Positions 54,134-64,000 of a DNA stretch of 64,000 nucleotides are shown here, piece by piece. Position 1 is the stretch's first letter, and the number at the start of each line of letters is the position of its first letter. Source of the stretch: Candidatus Doudnabacteria bacterium (GTDB taxonomy: Bacteria > Patescibacteriota > Doudnabacteria > UBA920); the NCBI GenBank assembly GCA_023245895.1, contig JAHFJJ010000002.1, positions 3,348 through 67,347 on the forward strand, written 5' to 3'. The notes beneath the pieces are model-generated. The model made no database searches. It was not told the DNA's origin and saw only the letters and a list, made by a program, of their open reading frames with translations. The position numbers and the translations under genes were made by a program.

Positions 54134-55210
54134 TCAATCCGGTATTGGGGGGTGTTTGCGTTTGTAAACAACAACGGTTGTAAGGCCAAAAATAAGCATG
54201 ACTCCTGAAAGAATCAGCAGGGCAATAAGTTTGCCTTTAGACTGTAAAAAAACCGCGGTGCCGCCAAAAACAGCGGAAATGCCGTACAAAACCAGCACGG
54301 TCTGGCGGTGGGAAAGGCCTATATCCAGAAGCCTAAAATGCAGGTGCTGGCGGTCGCCTTTAAAGGGGCTGCGGCGATACCAGAGCCGCCTGGTTATAAC
54401 CCAGGCAACATCTAAAATTGGAATGCCCATAACCAGCAAAGCTGTGGCGATTTTGGCGCCCAAAATAATTGAGAGAACTCCCAGCATGAAGCCTAAAAAA
54501 GTGCTGCCGCTTTCGCCTAAAAATATGGACGCGGGATAAAAAGCATAAATTAAATAACCTAACAGCGCGCCGGAAAAAATTATGGCCAGGCTGGCGGTAA
54601 TGGGCTGGTTGACTTTTGGCCCGAGCGAAATTACAAACATGGTCAGCCCGCCTATTAGCGCTATGCCGGAGCACAGCCCGTCAAGGCCGTCCAGAAATTT
54701 AGTGGTAAAAATCATGCCCATCATCCAGAGCCAAACTAAAACAACTGACAATTGACAATTGACAATTGACAGCTTGAATGTGTAATCAATGCTAATAGGT
54801 GGTCCGCCGAAGGGGTTGGTAATGGATTTTATGCCCACGCCAATGCCCGACCAGACTACCATTAAAGAAGCCAGGGCCGGAAACAGCCATAAAATTTTTG
54901 GCGGCAGGTTAAATTTGTCGTCCAAAGCCCCGCCCACTACTAAAACCAGGCCTCCAAAAATAAGCCCCAGGAAAAATTTTAGCGGTACAATGTTAAAATC
55001 CGGCAAGCCGAATTTTAAATAAATTAAAACCGCTATTAAAAAACTCACATACACGGCCAGCCCGCCCAAAAGCGGCGTGGATTTTTGGTGGGTTTTTAGC
55101 GGCCGAACCGGAACGTCGATAATTTTAAGTACACCCGCGATTTTTTTAATTAGCGGGGTTATGGCAAGCGATAAAAAGGCGGCCAGTAAAAAATATAAAA
55201 GGTAAATCAT
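54134..55210 (-). CDS. GT4-family polyprenyl-phosphate N-acetylhexosamine-1-phosphate transferase (MraY/WecA family)
   Basis: Has DDKFNLPP, DGLDGL and multiple TM helices. The true start MIYLLYF overlaps the upstream stop as ATGA. An in-frame heptamer repeat lies at 54742..54769. Confidence 0.8.
   Translation of the reverse strand: MIYLLYFLLAAFLSLAITPLIKKIAGVLKIIDVPVRPLKTHQKSTPLLGGLAVYVSFLIAVLIYLKFGLPDFNIVPLKFFLGLIFGGLVLVVGGALDDKFNLPPKILWLFPALASLMVVWSGIGVGIKSITNPFGGPPISIDYTFKLSIVNCQLSVVLVWLWMMGMIFTTKFLDGLDGLCSGIALIGGLTMFVISLGPKVNQPITASLAIIFSGALLGYLIYAFYPASIFLGESGSTFLGFMLGVLSIILGAKIATALLVMGIPILDVAWVITRRLWYRRSPFKGDRQHLHFRLLDIGLSHRQTVLVLYGISAVFGGTAVFLQSKGKLIALLILSGVMLIFGLTTVVVYKRKHPPIPD
54742..54769. 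repeat. heptanucleotide tandem repeat (aactgac aattgac aattgac aattgac) inside the GT4 CDS
   Basis: Four units of 7 nt encode SIVNCQLS. The 29-nt tgacaattgacaattgacaattgacagc is nearly identical to the intergenic 1244..1270. Confidence 0.65.
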
Positions 55211-57483
55211 ATAATAGAACCGATTTTTTTTCTTTTTGAAAAGATGAACATCAGTAGCCACAGTACCAGAGCCGCAAGCGAGATTTTTAAGCCCAAATAA
55301 AAACTTTTTGGATAATAGGAGACTTCCACTGTCCCCTGCCCCTGTTTGATTGGGAAAACCCTTAAGCCCAAACTATTTTGGGCCGGAACTTTTGAGCCGC
55401 CTTGAAAAGCGGCAAGCCAGCCCGGGTAGTAGTTGTCCGTAGTAATTAAATAGTTATCTGTTTTGCTGTTGTAAGATATTTTTTGTGAGCCATCTTCGCC
55501 AATTTCCAAGATTTGGCCCGTAAAAGCCGCGGGTGACGGATTTTGCATTAAATTATACAGCTGTCTGTCTACATCATCCAAAGTATCCGCCTTAATTGTA
55601 TAGGCCCTGGGCAAGCTTTGGTTTAAGCTTAACACACTATAATTTGAGTCGGCAAAAGCCAGCGTTAAATCTTGCGGATGTTTTTCCAGCATAAGCCTTC
55701 CTTCTTTGGGCGGGTATAAAAGGTATTTGACGCTTAAAAACCTTAACGCGTTTAAGTTGGGCTCGCCAAAAGTATATTCGGGCGAATAGTTGTAATTGGC
55801 CACGGCGCTTTTGAGTTTCTTGTTGCTTTTTAAATAGATGGTATCGTGGTCGTTTAGCTGGTTTATATGGTACCAGGTGCCGATGTTGGGTAACAGGTTG
55901 TCCCCGTATGTAAAAACCCGCGGGTAGCCGTTTGAGTATTGATTTGCCAAATAAGTTAAAGCCGGCTCGCTCGGGTAAAAATTTTGCGGCAGGGAGGTTT
56001 TGGTAAATACCATGCCATGGATTGTGGTTTCCGCAGCGATTAAAATAAACAAAGCTATTACGGCCCCTTTGGTTGGCAAGCCTTTTATTATAAAATAAGC
56101 GGCCGTCAAATTCATTATAAAAGCCGCAATCATTACCCACTGCCACAAGCTTACCGTGTGCCAGTCCAGACCGTGCGCGAAGGTCCAGGATTGTGTTGCT
56201 AACCTATTTACAATTATTACTACTCCGGCAAAAGCGCCCAAGATTAAGAATGCGCGATTATGGCGTTTTGGGCTTACGTCATTTTTTAATAGTCGTTCCA
56301 AGCCAAAAGCCCCTAGTATGCTTAGGCAAAAAGCCCATATGTACAGCAATCTATTGTTGTAGTTTAGGTTAAACCCGGGTAGTTTGTTTATAAGCTGGTA
56401 AATAAGCGGCGCGTGGTAAACCAGGGCCGCGGACATAAGCGCGCCGCCCAAAAAAAACCAGGTTTGTTTGGCAACTTTTTTCCCAAAAGCAAGCAAGCTT
56501 AAAATAAATCCGGACAGGCCAATGTAGCCTAAGGCGAGTTCGCCGTAGTTGGGCACCAGCAAATAGCTGAAATTTTTTACGCCGGTATTGCCGTAGAAGT
56601 CCGGAATCAGGTTTGCTAAAAATAAAAGCGGCGGGAGGAAGAAGGGGTTTTCCGTAAAGCCGGAGCGGTAATCCAGGTTGGCGCTTAGTTTTAAGTACTC
56701 CAAAAACGGCAGGACGGCTATTGCTGAAATAATTACGCCAAGAAAAAGTATTAAGGATATGAGTATGAGGGTTTTAATCCCCTGCTTCCAATTGGCCGTG
56801 ACCGTAAAAGATTTAAAAATCACATAGGCGTAAATGGCGCAGAATATATAAAAAAAAGTTTGGGGGTGGCCGGCAAACAGCCCGAGCGTGGTAACCGGCG
56901 CCAGCCACAGAGCAATCTTTGTACTCCTTGTGTTAAAGTAGCGTTCAATCAGCAGGAATGACAAAGGCAGGATTAGGATGACCGAGGTCAACGGCCACAA
57001 AAACCAAATCACATTGGCGTTGCAAAAGGCAAAAAGTATTGCTCCGGCAATGCCGGCGTAAAAAGAAAGTTTTAATTCGCGCAGGTACAAGTAAGTAAAC
57101 ATGCCCATTAGCCACAATTTTAAAAAGCTGTAAGCAACCAGGGCTAAGCGGAAGTTAAAAATATAAAACAGCCAGGTCAGCGGGAAAAATACGGCTGACT
57201 GCATATTGGCCATGAGCGGCAACCCCTGGCCGGAAAAAGTATTCCAAAAAGGAAAATGTCCGGAGCCTAAAATTTTCCCGGAAAGTTTATACCAGGGCAG
57301 TATTTGGGTGGTAATGTCCAAATAAGGCGCGACATAGCGGGTTGTGTCCACAGGCGCCATGTAGCGTCCTTGAAAAAAAGCCGGGGAAATAAAAATTAGG
57401 GCCAGCATGCTTAAAATAAGCGCCGCAGACCGGTTAGGATTTTTTATTATTTGAGTTTTCGCGTCCCCAAGGATTCTATTCAT
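55207..57483 (-). CDS. YfhO-like polytopic membrane protein (putative glycosyltransferase or glycan flippase-associated)
   Basis: 758 aa with more than 12 TM helices in the N-terminal half and a large C-terminal extracytoplasmic domain, the overall YfhO-family architecture. Confidence 0.5.
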   Translation of the reverse strand: MNRILGDAKTQIIKNPNRSAALILSMLALIFISPAFFQGRYMAPVDTTRYVAPYLDITTQILPWYKLSGKILGSGHFPFWNTFSGQGLPLMANMQSAVFFPLTWLFYIFNFRLALVAYSFLKLWLMGMFTYLYLRELKLSFYAGIAGAILFAFCNANVIWFLWPLTSVILILPLSFLLIERYFNTRSTKIALWLAPVTTLGLFAGHPQTFFYIFCAIYAYVIFKSFTVTANWKQGIKTLILISLILFLGVIISAIAVLPFLEYLKLSANLDYRSGFTENPFFLPPLLFLANLIPDFYGNTGVKNFSYLLVPNYGELALGYIGLSGFILSLLAFGKKVAKQTWFFLGGALMSAALVYHAPLIYQLINKLPGFNLNYNNRLLYIWAFCLSILGAFGLERLLKNDVSPKRHNRAFLILGAFAGVVIIVNRLATQSWTFAHGLDWHTVSLWQWVMIAAFIMNLTAAYFIIKGLPTKGAVIALFILIAAETTIHGMVFTKTSLPQNFYPSEPALTYLANQYSNGYPRVFTYGDNLLPNIGTWYHINQLNDHDTIYLKSNKKLKSAVANYNYSPEYTFGEPNLNALRFLSVKYLLYPPKEGRLMLEKHPQDLTLAFADSNYSVLSLNQSLPRAYTIKADTLDDVDRQLYNLMQNPSPAAFTGQILEIGEDGSQKISYNSKTDNYLITTDNYYPGWLAAFQGGSKVPAQNSLGLRVFPIKQGQGTVEVSYYPKSFYLGLKISLAALVLWLLMFIFSKRKKIGSII

Positions 57484-57489
57484 TGGTTA

Positions 57490-58896
57490 TTATTGGATTA
57501 AGTATAGACTTGACCCGGTAGTTAAAAGTAAACTTGATGTGTTAGGGAAATTTGGCTTCACTTCCGAAATAAGCAGGAATTTATCGACAGGTTTTGGGTC
57601 TGAATAACGCAAATAGTAAACCACCTGGTTGGCATAAAAAATAACCGCGGGCTTAGTCCCAAAAGTAGAATAGGCGTAAACCGGCAAAGACGGACTGGTA
57701 TTTTTTAAATAGAGTCCAATAGCCTTGCTGTTGGCGAGGTAAGGATCCTGGATTTTTGCGTGCCTGTAATTATTGTACATTAAGCCTGAAAATAAAAATA
57801 ATCCGCAGGCTGTCCATAACCATGATTTGGCAATAAGGCTGCTTTTATTTTCAAAAAAACCAAACAAATGGCTCAAAGTTACTGAAACAAGAATAATAAG
57901 AAAAGGATAAATTACCAGAATGTAAGCAGAGAGCTTGGTTTGGGCAAAACTAAAAAATAAAAATATAAACAAAACAGAAGTCGCTACTAATAAGTAAGGC
58001 TTGCTTTTTTTATATATTTTGTAAAGGAAGTATGCAAGCGAGGGTAGGCTTAAAAATAATAATGCTTTTTGCGCCAGCAGGGTTCGCCAATAAAACCAAA
58101 AGCCCCCTTGGTTGCCTTCCAGGCCCGTTGTGTAGCGCTTAATTAGATGGTATGAGAAGTACTGGTCCCAAAAAGTTTTGCCAAAGCGAACAGTTTCAAT
58201 AACATGCCAAGGAAGGGTGATAACCAAAAAGAGGATAAAACCTATCCAAAAATTTTTTTCTTTTAGGTAATGCCAGTCATGGGCTGTAAGTGAGCATATC
58301 CCTATTATAGGAAGCGGCAGTAATCCAATAACGCTCTTAGCCATAACTCCTAAGCCCAGAGCCGCCCAAAAAAAGTAAAAATAGTAATAATTTTTTTTGC
58401 TTTGCCAAAAACAAAATAAGGCCGCTAAAATAAAAAAGCTTACTGGTGTATCAAATTGCAAAATACCCGCGTTGTTAACAAACTGAAAAGCAATGAAATA
58501 ACAGGCCAGGCTTAATAGCGCCGCCGCGCGCGACTGAAAAATTTTTAAAACAAAATAAAAAGTCAGGGCTACTGTTGCCAGGGCAAATACGGCTATCCAT
58601 ATTCTGGCGGCAAATTCGTTTATGCCAAAGGTTTCGTAGGCTAGCATGGTTAGCCAAACCATGAGCGGCGGTTTTTCAAACCACATTTGGGACCTGTAAA
58701 GGCCAAGGTTGCCCATCCAGGTTAGATTAAGCGGGTGGTGTTGCAATAGCGATTCTTGGGCCACTTGCGCGTAAATGCTTTCGTCGTAATCGCTAAGCGG
58801 CCTTTGTCCGAGTTTAAAGAAAAATATAAACGCTAAAATAGCCAGTAAACAGGCTGAAACAATAACAAATTTTTTGTTGTCTAAAAAGTTTTCCAC
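57490..58896 (-). CDS. GT39/GT83-like (ArnT/PMT_2 family) polyprenyl-phosphate-sugar dependent glycosyltransferase
   Basis: Has DYDESIYAQVAQE (DE-x-x-Y-like), FEKPPLMVWL and many TM helices. Confidence 0.7.
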   Translation of the reverse strand: MENFLDNKKFVIVSACLLAILAFIFFFKLGQRPLSDYDESIYAQVAQESLLQHHPLNLTWMGNLGLYRSQMWFEKPPLMVWLTMLAYETFGINEFAARIWIAVFALATVALTFYFVLKIFQSRAAALLSLACYFIAFQFVNNAGILQFDTPVSFFILAALFCFWQSKKNYYYFYFFWAALGLGVMAKSVIGLLPLPIIGICSLTAHDWHYLKEKNFWIGFILFLVITLPWHVIETVRFGKTFWDQYFSYHLIKRYTTGLEGNQGGFWFYWRTLLAQKALLFLSLPSLAYFLYKIYKKSKPYLLVATSVLFIFLFFSFAQTKLSAYILVIYPFLIILVSVTLSHLFGFFENKSSLIAKSWLWTACGLFLFSGLMYNNYRHAKIQDPYLANSKAIGLYLKNTSPSLPVYAYSTFGTKPAVIFYANQVVYYLRYSDPKPVDKFLLISEVKPNFPNTSSLLLTTGSSLYLIQ

Positions 58897-60774
58897 TTAA
58901 TAAGCTGTCTCCCCTGTTATGTCCGAGCCGCCAAGCTTTTGCCTGAAGTATGCCCTAATTTCGTTGGTGCCCAGTAAGTTTTTGATTTTTTGTTTTAATT
59001 TCCCCAAGGTTGTTAGTGGTTGGGCCGCGCTTTGGGGCGAAGTTTGTACTAGAGGCTGAATTTGAAACAAGTCTTGTCGGTTAGGATAAAATCCTAGAAA
59101 TATGTCGCTTAAATTTTGGAGTTCGGACGCGGTTAAGTTACGCGTCTTTTTTAAAATTTTTACCATCACTCCGCCATCCAGGGTAAATTGCTTAGGCAAA
59201 ATTTGGTAAGCCGAGCCAATGGAATTTTTGTCCAGTAATTTTTCCTGCAATACCCACACCACCCTTTGGTCATTTGGGAGCAAGTGCGTTTGGGGCGGAT
59301 CGGCAACCAAAACAAAATCTGTCTGTAAAAATTGCCTGGGGAAGCCGTCGCGCAGGTCCACATTATTCGCCGGGATGATATTATCGCAAATTCTTACGTA
59401 ATCTAGCTTAAAGTATCGGCAGGAGTTGCGCACAACGTCGTCATTTAAAACAACCGAGCTGGCATCCACATACAACTTAGCGCCTTGCGGCATAGTTTTA
59501 TCAAGGTAACTTAATAGTGCGGCTATTTGAGTTTGGTCGTTGCGCTGTAAAGGGTAGTGTTGGGCGCCGGCCATTAAGTGGGCCGGCCGGACGATAAACT
59601 TAAACTCTGGAATTAGCCCCTGCAAAAAATTCAACAATGAGACACTAACAAAAAAAGAGGTTAAAAAAATTTTCCAGAAAATTTTTATTTCAGCTTGCCA
59701 AACATAAAAAATGAAAAGCGATTCAAACAGGACAGCTACAGGGATAAATTGGTAATAGAAGTGGAGGTCTATCAGCTGGACCCTGGCAAAAAGCAGCAAG
59801 GCAATCAGGCTTTGTAAAAAAATAATCTGGGTCACTCCCCTGGTTTTGGTATTTTTGAGGGCTAAGACCAAGCCGGCAGCGCTAAAAAGCAAGGTAATCC
59901 AGCCAAAATGGTAAGCCGCGGCCAAGATTACCTGCCAGGTGGAATTGCCGGCTTTAAAGGCCTGGAACATGCTGGCATAATTGTCGGTCAGCATTTGCTT
60001 GGCAACGGGCGCGCCGAATGCCAGCAAAAAAAAGCTTGAAGCCAGGCCGCAAATAAAAATATTTTTAATATCCCAAAACGGCTTTTGTTTTTTTATTTTG
60101 GAGTAAAGCCAGGCTAAAAAAATTGCCGGAAAAAAACTAAAAGACCAGTAAGCCAGCCAGCGGCGGGTAAAAATCAGCAGGGTCAATAGTATGCCTAGCC
60201 CAATGGCTTTTTGCGCGGTTTTTTTTGTTTGGTCAGAAGAAAGTAATAGCCAAATGCCGGCAATGGCAATTAAAGCGGCTACGTCAAAAAAACCCAGGAG
60301 CAAAGGGACCCAAAATTGCGGCGCCAACAAAATTATTGCCATTGGCATGAGCGCGGCCAGCCATTTTTTTTTGCCGCTGGCCCCGGTTAGGCGCGCGAAA
60401 ACCAAGCCCAATAAAAAAGCAGCAGGCAGGGCAAAAACATTGAGGACTGAAAATAAAAAAACAGCGCGGCCGGTGCCGAACATTAAGCCGAGGGGTGCAA
60501 TAATTAAAGGGGCGAGCAGGCTGTATTGGGTAAAAGCAATGGAATAAAAAGCCGCCCCTAACGCGGGAAAAATCCCATCCCGCAGTTTGCCAACCGTAAA
60601 AATAAAATGGTTATGGTAAGCAGACCAGTCCCAAAAATAAATAAACCTTTCCTGGCGGTAAAATTGGTACAAAAATAAATTGGCGCCGCCAATAAGTAAA
60701 ACCAAGACGGCCAAAAAAATATAATTGTCCTTAATCCAATTTTTAAAATGGTGTTGGTAGGCCGATAAGTTCAT
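58897..60774 (-). CDS. polytopic membrane protein (putative glycosyltransferase, GT39-like topology)
   Basis: 625 aa. Multi-TM N-terminal half plus a soluble C-terminal domain, adjacent to the GT39-like gene. Confidence 0.5.
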   Translation of the reverse strand: MNLSAYQHHFKNWIKDNYIFLAVLVLLIGGANLFLYQFYRQERFIYFWDWSAYHNHFIFTVGKLRDGIFPALGAAFYSIAFTQYSLLAPLIIAPLGLMFGTGRAVFLFSVLNVFALPAAFLLGLVFARLTGASGKKKWLAALMPMAIILLAPQFWVPLLLGFFDVAALIAIAGIWLLLSSDQTKKTAQKAIGLGILLTLLIFTRRWLAYWSFSFFPAIFLAWLYSKIKKQKPFWDIKNIFICGLASSFFLLAFGAPVAKQMLTDNYASMFQAFKAGNSTWQVILAAAYHFGWITLLFSAAGLVLALKNTKTRGVTQIIFLQSLIALLLFARVQLIDLHFYYQFIPVAVLFESLFIFYVWQAEIKIFWKIFLTSFFVSVSLLNFLQGLIPEFKFIVRPAHLMAGAQHYPLQRNDQTQIAALLSYLDKTMPQGAKLYVDASSVVLNDDVVRNSCRYFKLDYVRICDNIIPANNVDLRDGFPRQFLQTDFVLVADPPQTHLLPNDQRVVWVLQEKLLDKNSIGSAYQILPKQFTLDGGVMVKILKKTRNLTASELQNLSDIFLGFYPNRQDLFQIQPLVQTSPQSAAQPLTTLGKLKQKIKNLLGTNEIRAYFRQKLGGSDITGETAY

Positions 60775-60803
60775 ATAAAATCATTTTAATTATAGCAGAA
60801 ATC

Positions 60804-63014
60804 ATGCCGTGGGCGTATGGGCAAAAGCTGCAAAAAATGCTAATATTTCCCTATATGCCCTACGATTTAAGCGTAATAGTCCCGGTCTACAATGAAAAAA
60901 ATACCATTCTTGAGCTGTTAGGTAAGTTGGTTTCCGCGCCCGCGCTTTTGAATTATTCCTGCCAGTTTATTATTGTTAATGACGGAAGCGCGGATGGCAC
61001 ATCCGACTTAATAAAGAATTCACCTTACTCAGAAGATAGTCGGTTTGTTATTTTATCGCATTCAAAAAATCAGGGCAAAGGAGCGGCAATCCGCACGGGC
61101 TTAGCAAGCGCTTTGGGTAAATATACCATTGTGCAAGACGCCGATTTGGAATACGATCCAAATGACATTGCTTTACTTTTGGAGCACGCCGGTAAAAATA
61201 ATTTAATTACTGTCTTTGGTTCGCGCAATATGAGAGGCCAGAACCAAAAAGGCGCTTTTGCTTTTTATTGGGGAGGCAAAGCCCTGACTTGGCTTACCAA
61301 CTTGCTGTTTTTACAAAATATTACGGATGAACCGACCTGCTATAAATTGGTGAGGACAGATGTGCTAAAAAGTTTGCCGCTGGCCTGTGAGCGGTTTGAG
61401 TTTTGTCCTGAACTTACGGCCTTGCTCGCCAAGCAGGGAGTAAAAATTACGGAACTTCCAATTTCCTATTTTCCCCGCGGGAGGCAGCAAGGCAAGAAAA
61501 TTGGCGCCATCGACTGGCTGGAAGCGGTTTGGACTTTGCTGCGTTTGAGGGTTGATGCAAAGAAAGACTGGCTCTTGGCCGGCCTGCTTTTTTTATTCGT
61601 TGGCTTTTGGTATATGGCAACCTGGAACCATAACCTACAGGGCTACGAGACGGAAACCGCACAGTCGGCTTTACTCCTGTCTTCCGGAAGCTACCAAATT
61701 TTCCGCGCTGGCGCTGGCGCCGTGCTAATGTATTTGCCGTTTATTGTTTTGGGCAAGTTGCTTTATCCGCAAAATGTAATGGCATTTTTAACTGTTGCGC
61801 CTATTTTTTACAGCGCTTTATGTTCCGCAGTTTTGTACTTTGTAATTAGAGAGCTTACTTTTAAAAAATCCATAGCTTTAATTTTAGCCCTGTTAATTTC
61901 TTTTGCCAGTTTAATGTGGCCGTACAGCAGGGTTGGCATGGAATACCAGACCATGCTTTGGCTATGTGTTTTATTTTTGTCTTTGCTCGTTTGGCGTAAA
62001 AATTTACCTTTGCCGTGGCTTGTGGGAGCGGCTTTGGCCATACTGGCATTTTCAAAATCCTACGGGGTAATTTTTGTTTTGCCTAGTTTGCTTTTTATAG
62101 CTTTGGAACTTTGGAAAAAAAATCAAATAAGACAATTATTTAAAGCCGGTTTTTTAACGGCCCTTTTTGGCCCCACAGTTTTAGCATTGGCCGCGGGTTT
62201 GGGCCTGAATTTAATTATTTTCGGCAGGACTGCGGGAGCCTATAATTTGGCCCAGGAATTCCAGGTTTGGAGCTGGTGGGAAGGCTTTTTCGGGACTTTT
62301 TTTTCAGCAGGAAAAAGTATTGTATTTTACAGCCCCCTGCTTATTGTAGCCTTATGGTACTGGAAGAAATTTTGGCAAAAAGAAATTTCTTCTTCGGTTT
62401 TTATTTTAAGCAGTTTTTTATTGTTGCTCTTTATTACCGCTCCTTTTAGTTTTTGGAGCGATGAAACTTTAAGCGTCAGGAAGTTAATGCCCGTCATTCC
62501 CCTGCTCCATCTGCCTTTGGTTTACGCGCTTGAAGAGCCGGTTTGGGGCAAGCTAAAAAAAGCCGGCTTTGCTTTGATAATTTGCGCCTCGCTGTATTTC
62601 CAGTTTATTAATACGCTGTATCCTTATTGGCTGCAGCTTGTAATGTTCCGCCCTTATAACTTAGACACTTTAACGGCCATCCGCTATAACCCGAAGCTTT
62701 CGGCTTTGGCTGTAAACAACCGGCTGCTTTTTTCCTATCTTAACAGGATAGAAACCGGGAAAAGTAAAAATTTTTATTACCAGGAACGCAGTTGGATGCG
62801 CTGCTGCACGGGAGCGCCGAGCGGCGACCCTTTTTTAAGCAGGATGAATTTTAGTTTATCAGCTTTCGATTTGCCCGATATTTATTTGGTTCAGGGAAAA
62901 AGCAAAAAATCAAAAATAATTTATTTGGGGCTAGACGCTTTGGGCCTGGTAGTAGTCGGCAGTTTTTTGGGTATAAATATAATAAACAGGCGCAAAGAAG
63001 AACATGCCGGGTAA
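60804..63014 (+). CDS. GT2 (DPM1-like polyprenyl-phosphate glycosyltransferase) fused to a large polytopic membrane domain
   Basis: N-terminal LSVIVPVYNE...IIVNDGSADGT...QGKGAAIRTG...QDADLEYDP, then about 400 aa of TM helices. Confidence 0.75.
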   Translation: MPWAYGQKLQKMLIFPYMPYDLSVIVPVYNEKNTILELLGKLVSAPALLNYSCQFIIVNDGSADGTSDLIKNSPYSEDSRFVILSHSKNQGKGAAIRTGLASALGKYTIVQDADLEYDPNDIALLLEHAGKNNLITVFGSRNMRGQNQKGAFAFYWGGKALTWLTNLLFLQNITDEPTCYKLVRTDVLKSLPLACERFEFCPELTALLAKQGVKITELPISYFPRGRQQGKKIGAIDWLEAVWTLLRLRVDAKKDWLLAGLLFLFVGFWYMATWNHNLQGYETETAQSALLLSSGSYQIFRAGAGAVLMYLPFIVLGKLLYPQNVMAFLTVAPIFYSALCSAVLYFVIRELTFKKSIALILALLISFASLMWPYSRVGMEYQTMLWLCVLFLSLLVWRKNLPLPWLVGAALAILAFSKSYGVIFVLPSLLFIALELWKKNQIRQLFKAGFLTALFGPTVLALAAGLGLNLIIFGRTAGAYNLAQEFQVWSWWEGFFGTFFSAGKSIVFYSPLLIVALWYWKKFWQKEISSSVFILSSFLLLLFITAPFSFWSDETLSVRKLMPVIPLLHLPLVYALEEPVWGKLKKAGFALIICASLYFQFINTLYPYWLQLVMFRPYNLDTLTAIRYNPKLSALAVNNRLLFSYLNRIETGKSKNFYYQERSWMRCCTGAPSGDPFLSRMNFSLSAFDLPDIYLVQGKSKKSKIIYLGLDALGLVVVGSFLGINIINRRKEEHAG

Positions 63015-64000
63015 TTTCCTAAAAAAATTTGAGAATATTTACGGCTATTTATTTTTCGCGCTTTTGGCAGCATCCCTGGTTTTTTTAAGAAAACCGGAAA
63101 CTCTTTTACACGCCCAGCTGTGGGCCGAGGACGGGAAGATTTGGTTTGCCCAGGCTTATAATATTGGCGCGTTTAAAAGTTTGCTAATATCGGACGGCGG
63201 GTATTTCCAAACTTTTTCCCGGCTTGCCGCTGCGTTGGGTTTGCTTGTGCCTTTAAGCAAAGTGCCTTTGCTTTTGAATTCTATAGAATTTTTACTTCAG
63301 CTCTCGCCAGCCTTGCTGTTGCTCACGCCCAGGTTGAAAAATATCGGGCCCAAAATCCAAAGCCGTTTACTTTTGGCCGGACTTTACCTGTTGTTGCCTA
63401 ATACCGCGGAACTTGACGGGCACATAACCAGCTCCCAATGGTATTTGGCTGTCCTGGCATTTTTGGTATTGGTCGCCTCGCCTGCCGTAAAAAACAAATT
63501 GTGGCAATTTTTTGACGCTGTTGTCCTGCTCTTAAGCGGCCTGACCGGCACGTTCGCCATTTTTTTAATCCCCGTAGCGGCTGTACTTTATAAAACCAGG
63601 CGCGGATTCCACAGCGGCTTAAATTTATGCTTAATTTTTTTTGCCGGGGTTTTGCAGGCAGCCAGCGTATTTTTGCTGTCCCACGAAAACCGCGTGCACG
63701 TTTTGCCCGAACTAACGGCAAAATTATTTTTCGCGATTTTCAGCAGGCAAGTGGTTTGGGGCTTGCTAAGCGGGGCCAGGGGTTATTTAATAATTTTAAG
63801 CCAGGGATGGCTTATCCCTTTGGCATCGGTTTTGGCCATAGTAGTAATAATTTACGCTTTGGTTAAAGGGCCTCTTGAATTAAAATTATTTTTAGTTTTT
63901 GGCCTGGCTATATTTGCCGCCAGCTTAATTACCCCCACAAAAGCGGCGCTCTCTTACCCAATTTTAAAAGTCCTGTCCCGCTCCACAGACGGCATCCGCT
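63003..64000 (+). CDS. polytopic membrane protein (partial; it runs off the window end)
   Basis: ATG at 63003 (MPGNFLKKFENIYGYLFF) overlaps the upstream stop in a different frame. The open frame continues to position 64000 with many hydrophobic helices. Confidence 0.5.

Noticed and set aside
63398-63866. ORFs 63398..63721 (-) and 63627..63866 (+).
   Set aside because: They lie inside the long open plus-strand membrane-protein frame that continues to the window edge.

Overview
This window is AT-rich with compactly packed small genes. It resembles a reduced-genome bacterium such as Candidate Phyla Radiation / Patescibacteria. That guess is an inference from gene content and style only: tight coupling, weak Shine-Dalgarno use, GT39/YfhO-type envelope genes and no pyrH or frr next to tsf. 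Recognisable housekeeping genes are ahcY, tsf, rpsB, rpmE, prfA, prmC, rplY, rodA/ftsW, dnaE, thrS, map, two adk paralogs, a Kef-type antiporter, cysS, dnaB, recR and rplU. A membrane glycosyltransferase cluster (GT4, YfhO-like, GT39-like, GT2 fusion) occupies 54-64 kb. Four tRNAs lie on the minus strand: Trp-CCA, Thr-UGU, Tyr-GUA and Thr-GGU. No rRNA and no CRISPR array are present.

The outstanding feature is a roughly 15 kb minus-strand operon spanning 8958..24043. It opens with a 707-aa AAA+ ATPase whose Walker B region reads DEFNK, which is MoxR/AAA_5-like. Thirteen tandem diverged paralogs of 261-287 aa follow, each with a conserved N-terminus (M-[AS]-I-E-x-R-I...ELNIK) and a conserved C-terminal tail (GLEL.MPE...P.IK[NKH]F-COOH), linked by TAA-N-ATG junctions. 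The operon ends with a 705-aa protein combining an HExxH metallopeptidase-like motif and a vWA MIDAS domain. This looks like a MoxR-vWA type system with an expanded array of repeat-containing client or effector proteins. I do not recognise the paralog family.

Other notable content:
- Two different small GIY-YIG-carrying mobile elements, each with its own terminal inverted repeats, plus MITE-like empty derivatives.
- REP-like GGGTGAGGG / CCCTCTCCC hairpin elements around a DUF559 gene and elsewhere.
- A GC-rich non-coding island after dnaE.
- Several palindromic repeat arrays.
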